Shown here piece by piece: positions 1-10,990 of a DNA stretch of 64,000 nucleotides (the stretch's first letter is position 1; each line of letters begins with the position of its first letter). The stretch comes from Orbicella franksi (lineage: Eukaryota). The stretch lies in the NCBI GenBank assembly GCA_964199315.1, contig OZ116704.1:28396001-28460000 (forward strand). Direction: 5' to 3'. The notes under the pieces are model-generated. The model made no database searches. It saw nothing but the letters and a program-made list of their open reading frames with translations, and had not been told where the DNA came from. The position numbers were made by a program, and so were the translations under genes.

Positions 1-3000
1 ATTCGGCGGTAACACAATGAAATTGTCAGATCTCAAAGAACTAATGGTTCAGGGAGTTCACATGGCGTGCTCTTCAGTCAAGCAAGCTGAGAAATATCTT
101 ACGCAAGAAGTACGGCCATTCAAACTCCTGAAAGTAGCGGAAACTTATCTGATGAATCTTCTCGAGATGCCGGCAATAATGGAGAGAACGTGGCCTTATA
201 AAACTGGTCTTATAAAATGTTATTATGGTATTGTAGGGTAGTCGACGCAAGCTGGGATCGTGTGGTTAGCGTCCGTGGCCCTTCGCTGAATTTACTGGAA
301 AGTGAACACAAGTGAACAGATACAAATGCGATGGTTAAAATAAGTGACTAACGTAACGGCCCTAAACGTCCTACGCTTCCAAATGATCGTAATTTCACTG
401 GCAGGATCAACTTGTCAACGATTGCATCTATTTGTTAGCACCGGGGACATGTTTCTTCAGACTGTGATCAAGTTTCTACTCGTGCTGAACGTAAGGCATT
501 TCTTGCAGGCAAAAAGGTTGTGTTTTAACTGGCTAGTGGGTCAGCATGGCGTTAAAATATGTCCTAGTAAGTTCTCGTGTCGCGTGTGTCGTGGGAGACA
601 TCATACTTCCCTTTGCCATCAATCCTAGAAACCTTCTTTGATAACTGGATCTTCTATTGTTCATCCGCTAGTCATGGTTGATGTCAATGGTCAGAAAATT
701 CCGTGGTCTTCTCTGGGGTGGGGCGAGTCACTCTTTAGTGCCGTCTTCGTTGATCTCACTCAGTTGCGCGTAGTCAAAGACATAACACGTCGCGCGGCTG
801 AGGACACGACCGCTACTGGAGTACGACTTGTGCTTGCAAGCGATTAGAAGAGACTTCGCGTTGAGCACGCGTGCCACGCAAATTGACAGAAGGGAGATAA
901 TTATTGATGCTAGACAACCCTCATCATGTAGAGTAATCGCGAATTGCCAATAAATCTCATCTGTTAGGAGTCAAGTCAGGAGATCAGTCATTGGAAGACC
1001 CTCTACCAGTGTCACATCATCCTACGTGCAAACGGTACGCGCAGATCCCTACACGAAAGCGCGCGCTGCGCGTCGTGGAGAAAATGTGTCTGAATTTATC
1101 TGGCTAGCTGGGCTCTTATTGCACGAGGATCAAAACTGATATGGGTGCTGGCTTCCTCGCAGTGAATTCGATCATCAATTATGAGCTTTTCTGCGCTCTA
1201 AATGTACAGGGGTTGGCAGATACTCTCGCTCGTGATCGACAAGGAGTCCACAAAGAGTTTCGCTAGCAACTGGCCTGACATCGTGAAGAAGGCTGGTATG
1301 CGACCGGATTGCCCTGAAACTGGCATCAGCCACCTTTACCCGCTAATAACGAAGGTAGTCTGCATCGACTGCACTTTCAAGTGTCCAAATCACGCAGCAT
1401 GGAAAAGCTATGGGGATGCGATGGAATAATCAATGATCAGCTTAATGAAGACGTGGTTGAGTCGACAGCCCACCGAGAGAGTTCTACAAGCCCCTTTGAG
1501 CTGTCATCAGGGAAACTGCACAGCCTGCTGTGATGTGTGTAGTATATGACTGCTCTATGCGGGAGAAAAAGAAAACGCCTTCTCTGAATGATTGCCTTGA
1601 GCCTGGACTCGCCCTCAAGAAGAAAATCCACGACGTCTCGCTTCTTCCTAGATTTCATTCGGTTGCGTTTCCTGGTGACATGAAAAAGACATCCCTGCGA
1701 GCGCGCGTTAGGGAGGGTGAGCCTGATGTTCTGCGATAAGTGGTTGTGGATTTGCACTCCACAGAATTCGAAATACAGATCTTAATGTTCACCAGAGCAC
1801 TTTCTGGTCTCACTCATTCTCCTTTTCTGCTAAGAGATGCAAATTTTCTCTAGTGGCATTTTTGCAGTTGCATAAATAGCAAACTTAGGAACTGGAGCTG
1901 GAAGAAAGCACTCGAGAGGATTCTAGCGACAATCAAGCCGCCTTCGCTAAGTAGCCGTTAGGAACTGCTGCTTCCAGAGACGGGAGTTTTTGGCCTTACA
2001 AACGCCAGGCAGTCTGTAAAGGTGTTCCATTCGTTTCTTCACGAAAATGCTGAACTGATCAAAAGGAGGATTCTAGGAATGCTAGGTCGCACCTATGAAT
2101 TCCTCGGTCTGGTTTGCCACACATGTCTACAAGGAACTACTACTCTTGAAATGCTTGTGAGCTGAAATAACAACAAGCCTGGGACGCTCCTCTACCTCAT
2201 GAGCTTACAGCAAAATGAAGCGATAGGAGACTGACCTGCTCGTGAACATGGTGGTAGGGCGTACGCTAGCGTCCTATCAGCGCAGTAGAACTCAATGTCT
2301 TCGGAGACGCAAATGGGTGTGATATCGCCGTAGCCGTTTACGCCTTTATTTGTCAAGATTCTTGAAAAACATATGGTATGGTGATTGTCAAGAAGCCGCG
2401 AAGACTCAAAATTACCTGAAGAAAAACTGCAGGAAAAGAGCGGGCGTCAACTCCTCTTTGTTGGAGTGAGTCTTAAAGGAGCCATAGGATTGGACCAGCT
2501 GGAGGAATACTGTGCAGGCTTTATACATGACTTGGCGCGAAAAGGACAGGTAATGATGACCGCCGAAGCACGTCTTGCCGCGGAGCGTTTGACTATATTA
2601 AGCCGGTGACTCGATCTGTTTGCAGAACACATGGCTGTAAGGTATAGTCTGCATACGAGTCAAGTGGCCCATCAGGCGGGAGCTTATCCCGGTTTCTGTA
2701 GCACGAAGCGGCTATAGTGGTTCTACTCCCCTTGGATGAGATGCTAGTCCATTGCAGGCTTACCCCAGCATTAAATTCGCCGGTAGCCATTTATATACCT
2801 GGGTGGAGAGAGGCACTGTGAAAGTAAAGTGTCTGGCCCAAGAACACAACGCTATGTTTCCGGTCAGGGTTCGATCCCGGAGACGAGCACACTAACCATA
2901 AGGCCACCGCATACGCGTAACATTGAGCGAAAAAGAAATGATGACCTAAGCACGTCTTGCGCGCGAGGAAAATCAAGGAACATACGATTCATGATGAGTG

Positions 3001-4507
3001 AAGACATGTAGCTTTTCATCAGAATACTGCTCATCTCAGCAGGCGTGGAGGTTCCCGTAACTGATGCAGCATTTTGGTGGAGTACACCCGAGTAGCTATT
3101 GCTACAATGCGTGGCGGCCAAACCCTGTGACTACAACCAGTAGAGAATGCGAAGTCGAGTCCAAAATAGTACGAGAGGTGATAGCAGCAGCTACGGTGGA
3201 CTGGCAACCAGATGAATATGACCATTCACTTGCTCGGCATGATCTACCAAAGGCCCTTCGAGTTTGCCCCTGGATCGCATGGTTTATACATAATTCCCGC
3301 CAAGTGCTGTGGAAACGCTGGACTTGTGAGTACGCCACAACTGTATCGGAGTCTGCTGGCCAAAAACCCTCAGGATCGGTGATGTAGTCAGTCTGTGTGG
3401 AGATGAAAGCAATCGTGGCAAGTGGCTGATAGGGATGGCAGTGCACCTGTTCAATGGTCCTGATGGAGTCGTGCGTTCAATGAAACCCCGTGCAGGGAAA
3501 TCTTTCTTTGAGAGACCCGTCCAGCCCATCTGCTACTAAAGCTATCGTGCAACAGTCACACAAGAACTCAACAGTCATCAGATCTGAACCCGAATGCACC
3601 ACCTTCTCGTCCGAGATGAGACGCGAGCCGAAGTTGCTGGTTGACCGCGCTTCCAGGACGCTATAGGCGAGATGAGGAGAGGTAGGAATTTAATTTACGC
3701 TCATGGAAATTAATTTAGCAGAGAACTTTTATTATTGCAATATCAAGTGTCTTTTCTCGGGTTATCGTTTGATATTGTGATTAAATGTTCTAAACGACAT
3801 CAGTTTCTTGCAGAAATCACATGGGGGAGGGTGTCGGGACTGGACAAAGGACCTCGTTTACGTTTAAGACCGTGACATCCCAGTGATTGTCTTGTCAAGA
3901 AACTTTTGATTTTTTATTTTAGTAGTGCCTGATGAGTGGTCAAGAGAAAATGTGTGTAGGCGTTGGTTCATTTTGTCACATATTATCTTATAAACATTTT
4001 CAGCAAGAGAGGTTTTCTATATTTAAGGCGTGCTAGATCATTATAAGGCTGCTGGATTCGAAGTTAAGCTTTGGTACGCATGGATGACATGGATGAGTAG
4101 AACAAACCAACATTGTGTGTGGTTGGCAGGGGAGGGGTATATTTGTGAGATTTGCATATTTCAGTTATTATCTCATAGAAGCAGAGAAGACAAGCGTTTT
4201 TACTCAGTGGCCTGCCCTGCGTACAATTCTACTAAGGCGGAAGATTATCAACATAAATAAGGCGTTTACCAACCTCCTTGCTTTAAGGCTACGTGACGTC
4301 AGAGACTGTCTTATTTTACTGAACTTGGTTCTCACTTTGTCTCCCTCAGCAGCAAAGTATGAGAGAGGATCACTTAAAGAGTAATCTGCGAACAGCTGTG
4401 ACGCATAGCACCCTGTCAGGCTTGATAAGAAGACGCTCTTCAGACAGCACATGAAAGCGTACAATCCAAACTACGCCATCAGTAACTAGTGTTGTGGATC
4501 GAAGACA
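1..4507 (+). mobile_element. Degenerate BEL/Pao LTR retrotransposon, 5' end outside the window, interrupted by a SINE at about 2637-2911
   Basis: Fragmented frames carry Pao-type motifs in the expected order: gag Zn-knuckle-like CFNWL..HGVKICPSKFSCRVCRGRHHTSLC (about 520-620), protease-adjacent SSIVHPLVMVDVNG (about 650-690), RT-like CVVYDCSMREKKKTPSLNDCLEPG (1530-1739), RNaseH-like MTAEARLAAERLTI (about 2550-2600), and C-terminal RGKWLIGMAVHLFNGPDGVVRS..AGKSFFERPVQ (about 3415-3525). A purine tract ATGGGGGAGGG is followed by TGTCGGG at 3832 (candidate 3' LTR start). The LTR end near 4507 (..GAAGACA) is tentative. Confidence 0.85.
2637..2911 (-). mobile_element. tRNA-derived SINE, family A
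   Basis: Reverse complement shows a tRNA-like head (GCGGTGGCCTTATGGTTAGTGTG..GGATCGAACC), core TTGTGTTCTTGGGCCAGACACTTTACTTTCACAGTGCCTCTCTCCACCCAGG and a GCAGACTATACCTTAC tail. Same family as 7765-8045, 11208-11480 and 32006-32292. Confidence 0.9.
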
Positions 4508-5070
4508 AAGAGACACATTCTGTAGATATTCATATTGACTTTTAACAATCTGAAACTTTCAGTAGATTTGTCCTAAGGGACTCTATCATGTTAGCAGTGC
4601 AAGCAAAGAACGTAAATGTTTTTGTAGCTCTACTGTTCGGCCGTTTTTTATTTTTATATTTTGATGAAACTATTGAAAGCCTTCGTGATATCAAATTACT
4701 GTGTTTTACATCACAAGGTTACGCCCTATGTGCCACTGGGCATTCCGGGAGTGACATTACAAGGTTAAACCACGTGACTGTATTTAGAATTCTCTTTTTG
4801 ATCTAATTCAAGAGAAACTAAGTCGACATTTTCTGTAGTCAAATTACCTTGGATTAAGTTGTAACTACGACTTCTAGTGTTCAGGTGTAAAATCGAGCGT
4901 TTCTGTTACAATGTTTAGGGTTGAAGTTGTGAAGAAATTCATATTCAAGACTCACATTATTACAAAGAATTATAGTTCATATCTTTGCCTGGTATCTTTA
5001 ATTGTGTATTGTTCATAACTTACTAAATTAATTTGTATGTATTTTACCAGCAAATTTAATGCTTTGGGCA

Positions 5071-5350
5071 TAGTTGAGAGAGGGGACTGGTTATGAAGCC
5101 CGGCAAACATCAAAGGAGCAAACAAAGACGCCAAGATTTATGATGGAAGGTTCACGACAGTGCACAATCTTTTGTTTTGCGCTCATGCACTATGTATGAA
5201 TTACGTAACCAACACGTTTCTATTGGTTAGTTCCTCAGTACGGAGTAAACAACTATTGTGTTTTGTGCACCGTCGAGGCCAAAAAAAGCGAACAAAAACA
5301 TACAACGAAGAACTTTGTCGGGTTACATAACCATTCCCCTCTATTAACTA
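5071..5350. mobile_element. MITE with about 35-bp terminal inverted repeats
   Basis: Left TAGTTGAGAGAGGGGACTGGTTATGAAGCCCGGCAAA pairs with right TTTGTCGGGTTACATAACCATTCCCCTCTATTAACTA. Confidence 0.75.
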
Positions 5351-5620
5351 TGCTTTGGGTAACCCTTTAGAGAACTCGTATCCCATCCAGGGTGGGGTGG
5401 GAAAATACTCTTAATCACTTCATGCTACAGAAACTTGGGATATGCGCCGACCGGATGGCCTCTGGATCCTAAAGCAGAAAGTGAAGAGAAGATGCTTTTA
5501 TTTCATCCAGTCAGAAGCAATCTTAAATTGGCTTTCGCGCGTTTTCCCGCGCTAGGCACGTGTTGCATAATTTATGCACTTGCTGAATCATGAACGAAGA
5601 TTCATAGAGCCAGCTACCAT

Positions 5621-5989
5621 TTAACCCTTTACTCTCTAAGAGTGCCATTTGGCACACAACATCATAACTATGTGAATATTTGACACATTTCTATGAATTT
5701 TGCCATGAAAATTGTCTTGTAAAGATCTGTTCATTGAAGGCTTAAAATTGTGACCCCCTACTATCTAAGATATGGTTGACCAACCCCATACTTTTACAAT
5801 TTCTTTTTTGAGATGCACATGGAATGCAAGACTTGTTTCACATCAAGCTTTGTACTATTGTACCAAGACCTGCTAAATAGGCCACGGATCGGGGGCATAC
5901 CTATGATATTTGAGAATTGATACGTGTTGGAAGCTTTTCATTTTCACATTTCAAAACAATTTCTCTCAACATGACTACCTCTTTCATAA

Positions 5990-6021
<32 letters not shown>

Positions 6022-6117
6022 ATGGCTTTCAAATGGTATATTGTACACAGGCAGAGACCCTTTTTTTTTTGCTGATTTAGGATAAACTGTCGTTTGCCTA
6101 AGGAGGTAAAGGGTTAA
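5621..6117. mobile_element. piggyBac-like non-autonomous element
   Basis: TTAA|CCCTTTACTCTCTAAG ... CTAAGGAGGTAAAGGG|TTAA: TTAA duplication with CCC/GGG termini. Confidence 0.8.
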
Positions 6118-7764
6118 TAGTTCTTGTAGGAACAGCACCTTGTTCTCGAGATAACTTAACTGTTCCTAAGGGAATTTATTAAAACATGAGGCAAAGTGCT
6201 CACTCAGAAAATTCGGTCTCGTAATGTAATTGTAAAATAGGAACACATGTGGAAGTTGGAAGAACAGGAATGAACAACCTATTTTTTCCCACATCTGTTT
6301 CGAGTTTTTCCTAACTCTCCCAAGGTTTTTAATTGTTAAGGGGTAAATATTTTTGTCTGCGCTGGCCATTAATCAGGCTCCCGAAAATTGAGGCAGAAAA
6401 CATTCGGCGAGCTAAGCCACCCCAGGATGTCCGAGCTTTTCCTTTAATGGACTTTTCGTCCCCAAACCGCTCGCACTAGACCCTGCTCGGCTCACTCCGT
6501 TCGCGTGTTTCTGTATTCGGCTTTTCCACCAGTCGACATCGTATTAAAAGCAGGAACTGAAATAATGAAAGATTCTTTTAAAAGGTCCTCGGAGTTGTGA
6601 TTTAACATCCAACACTGTAGCGTAACATTCACTGATAGCACGAGCAGTGATAGAAATGTAGATACTCTAAAAAATTAATATTTAAAAAAGGAAGTATTCT
6701 TTACAAGAGTTCAAGTAAACGAATACTATGACGCGCTGGGAAAGGGCCATTTCTGAAAAGTTTAAATGATATAGAGGAAATCATCATTCCAATAAAGCGC
6801 GCTCTACGAACGATTTTTGTTTGCACTTTAATGGAAACTGTTAATAGAGATCTTTCGATTGGACACCTGAGCTAGTGAAGCTCCAATTTGGTAAATAAAA
6901 AGATAGGATGTACTGAAAACCAATCAGGTTCGAGAATTTGGTTTTATTCAAATTACTTAAGCTATTACTTTATTGCAAGTCCTCTAAGACACAGCACAGT
7001 CCATCAATGGAGGGTTTTTTTTTTTCAAAACAAGAAGCAAACATCTGCAAAGAATACAGATAAGGTAAGACTAAGAGCTTTTAGATCCATCGTCGACCTT
7101 TCAGACGTACACCATCCCAACTTTCAAAACTTCGATAACTGTCTGTTCCGACAGGCTCATTTAAAGATACTAGAGATAGTAGGGAGTCTTCAAAAACGTT
7201 TGCTTGACTGCTATCTGTGTTATCATGGCAGTGAAAACAAGGTGTTTACAAATAGGCAATTTTGTCGACACCTACAATCAGGGACAAAAGCGTTGAGATA
7301 TGTTTGCTAATTGAAATGTTTTGGTTAGAGATCCGTACTTCCGTGATAGAAAAAAACACCTTAAGTACGTCAATAGCCACCCCTTCCTCCCCCCCTTCTC
7401 CTCCCCCCCCCCCCCACACGCCCAATCAATGTTGAAACAGGCTTTAGCGATGCTGTTACTAGGTAACAACATTGGAAAGGGGAGAGGGGAAGGGTGAAAA
7501 ATTAGAAGTGTAGAAAGGACAAATTACACTTGAAATGAGAAGTACACGAGAATAGGGTTGGTACCGGCTACGTCAACTTCGCCCGCAGTTTACCCTCTTA
7601 AATGGTTGGTGCCCCCTAATTATTCGGAAAATAACTTCCTTTTCCAATTATCGACAGACTTTAAAAGACTGAACAAAAAGAGAGTTTGGGAAAGTTCAAG
7701 AATTTCCAATTTTTCCACCCACGCGGCATCGCTGTCAGGTCGCTGGAAGTGCGGTCGCTGAATG

Positions 7765-8045
7765 CTTGTCTCATGGTTAGTGCGCTGGACTCCGGATCGA
7801 GCGGTTCGGGTTCAAGCCGTAGCCATTGTGTCGTGTTCTTGGGCGAGACACTTCACTCCCACAGTGCCTATCTCCACCCAGGGGTTTAAATGGGTATCAG
7901 TCAGTTCAATGCTGGGGGTAACCCTGCGATGGACTTGCATTCCATCTATGGGGGAGAAGAAATATTCCTAGTCGCTTCATTCTACAGAAACCGGAGATAA
8001 GTACTGGCCTGATTGACCAGTTGGCTCGTATGCAGACTTTACCCG
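7765..8045 (+). mobile_element. tRNA-derived SINE, family A
   Basis: CTCATGGTTAGTGCGCTGGACTCCGGATCGAGCGGTTCGGGTTCAAGCC head, shared core and GCAGACTTTACC tail. Confidence 0.9.
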
Positions 8046-8503
8046 TACTTTAAGTAACGTTACCGGTTGAATAGAATTGCCTTGTAGACCCAGGAACACA
8101 ATTTTTGGCGGAGTAAGTTGCATATCAGCGTTTTATTTGTGATATTTTTGACTGGCAGACTTTGGAGCCATATTCAAGAACGAAGACCACTTTTTTCAGA
8201 GTAAGGGTGGTCTTTCGGACATTGTATCTCCGCACCGAATTCCCTGACGCCCATATTTGTTTACATTTCTAACAAGAGTAACTCAATTACCGTGTGGTGT
8301 CTTGGAAGATTTTCGCGCAAACGCTCTCGAACAAGTACTAAACTTTAGCTCTCTTTAAACTGAGAACATAACCGTTTTATTACGTTAGATTGGTAAAAAT
8401 ACGTCAGCCGATTTAGCTACTAGAAAGTGGCATCCATTGAAAGACTACTACACTTTCGTAACTTTACGTTAGTCATTACTTTGAACTTGAAATTACGTAA
8501 AAG

Positions 8504-10957
8504 TCAAACAAAACTTCCCATGGTCGAGCCATGATTGAAAAACGATCTTGTGGGTGAAAACGGGTTTGTCATTGAACCAAAAGAAAGCTGGCTGCTTGAA
8601 AAAGGCTCTAAACCAAATGGAGCCTGTCCCTGGAATGCAATCCCAGGCGCTGAGTTTGATCCCAATGAGAAACTTGAGCCAGCATTACTGGCTGCATAAA
8701 ACGAAGATGTAATACTGTCCACCGAATGTTTTAGAAAGCTGGTAGATGGAACAGAAACATTGTTTGTTGAATTTACAGCTTGCCCTGTTCCTTGCTGTAG
8801 TGTTACGCCATCTGTTTGCCGTCTGGCGGAGTTATGAGTTACGAATGTGAACTGCGAAGCTGCAGAATTTGGCGGGGACATTCTGTAAGCACTGTTTCCT
8901 GTAGGCCCGCTAAAGAGCATCGCTGACTGACTACTGGGGGCAGTTGCCTTCTGTTCTACAAGATCTGGCATGGCTGCAAGTGCGCGCAATGGGTTGTTTG
9001 TGCTGGCATCATGGCTGACATTCGACTTAACAGAGTGAAGTAAGTTTGGATTCACAGACACCATAGCGGTGCTGTTGTAGTTGGCATCTGAGCGCGACGA
9101 GATGAGATTATCAATGGCATAGGAAAGACTTGAGTTCAAATCACTAGAGCCGATTAGAGACTCGGCAGAGAAATCTGAGTAAGTAGTCCTGGATGGCCGT
9201 GTTTGAAGTTGGGATTCCTGTGTCATAACTGAATCTCCCATCAGTTCGTTTCCTCCAATCAGCGCCTCTGCCGAGTAATTCGAAAAACTCTGAGCATGGC
9301 CTTGTTCACTGGGTGTACTGTGAATTGACGGGGCCACGGCCATTGTTAAACTGCTCTGTTGGTTTGGATTGCTGTCAGAATTAACAGATGCGGTCGTTAT
9401 GTGTGGAATGTTCGGCAGAACCACTTCACTTGAGGCAAGCAGAGATTCGGCAGAGAAGCTAAGGCTGCCAGAGCCAAGCTGCGAAACTTGTTGGTGTTGC
9501 TGCAAATCTGACGTTTGTGTTTGCTCCATGCTCTGAGGTAAACCAGCTAAAGATGCAATACTGTGAGAAAGGCGTGGTATCTGGCCAGCCTGACTCATTC
9601 CTATACTAGAAACTTGTACAGTTGGTTTACCACAATCTACTCGAGTTGGCATGGTATTAGCTGGAACTGACACCTGAGTGGTAATACCTGGGATCAGAGA
9701 ATTGACGTTAAAAGTCTGTATTGTCATTATCTCCGGTTGAGGCTGACAAACACTAATATTTCCTGGTGGTTCCTGGGAGCCGCAAGTGCTCGCTCTCTTT
9801 GCCATCCTGGTGTTGTCTCTCACAGTTAAGTGTGCTGCTCCACGTTTGTTTGAGGCCGAGGTCGCTTTATTTTCTAACAAAGGTTTGTTTTGGGAATTTC
9901 TATTCGTGTTTTGAGTTCGGCTTGTATTAACCGTCGATTTTTTCTGACCCTTGTTGGCAGGCCCTCCTTTTTTCGCTTTACAACCCCCTTGGTTTTTGCT
10001 CGCATCTGTCGGCGCTTTTGGACGAGGAGTACTCTCGTTGTTCTGACTAATTTTGGACACAGTTATACTCTGGTTTGGAGTAGCAGTCACATAGAATGCC
10101 GGCAAGCTGGTGCTCTGTGTCACAACAGTGTTGCTGACTCCAGCTGCAGCGTGTTGATTACCCAGGCTGTTTGGCACTGGCACAGCGACAAGAGGAGTTG
10201 ACATCTGAACTGCACTGGGAACAGCAGCACATGAGCTAATCACAGCTGGTTGGAGGTTCAGGATAGCGGCAGAGTTATGCCCCGTTGCAGGAGCAACAAG
10301 TGGGACAGCATTCACCACACTTATTGGCGAAATTGATGTACCAGGTTGTAGTGCAACTTTCATGATGGCTGCTACACTGTGTCTTGAGTAGCCTGCTTGA
10401 GACTGCAACACTTGAGAAGCAGAGCTAACAGTCTGTAAAGGCTGCTGTGTTACAGAGCAGGGCACCTTATTTCCAAACTGTACAACAGGGGGATTAAAGG
10501 ATGGATTAGGATTCGACAAACTGCTAATGTTTCCCTGTGGCTGGTTTAATTCAAGTTGGCCAAGGTTGTTTGCACTATTCTGCACGACAGATGTTGTTGG
10601 AAGTTGAACCGTTGGACATGTTGTAACTGGAGTAAAAACAGACGCTGTGCTACTTGCTACAGAAATTGGATTAGTTGTTATAATAAAAGGGGCCACATAA
10701 GCAATTGATTCTCTCTTCGATTGCTCCTTCGCGACAGAAGCCGAAGTGATTGGCAAATGATTGAGCACAGCAGTGGTTGCAGTAGTGGGCTGAGTCGCAT
10801 TACTGATCACTGTTGTTTGGCTGGTAACCTGTGGTGGTCTCGACGCAGTTGTCACTGCTGCAGTTGGTGATTCCCTTGATTTTGGGACCTCTGTCGTTGT
10901 CATAGCAATAGCATCATCAGGTGTATCTGTGTCGACTGTCCCAGATGAGGTAGAATC

Positions 10958-10990
<33 letters not shown>

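Noticed and set aside
3925-3965. CTGATGA..GAAAA hammerhead-like motif in the candidate LTR
   Set aside because: No convincing stem I or stem II pairing.
9890-10201. 103-aa plus-strand ORF inside the USF3-like last exon
   Set aside because: Antisense shadow of a real coding exon with no independent signal.
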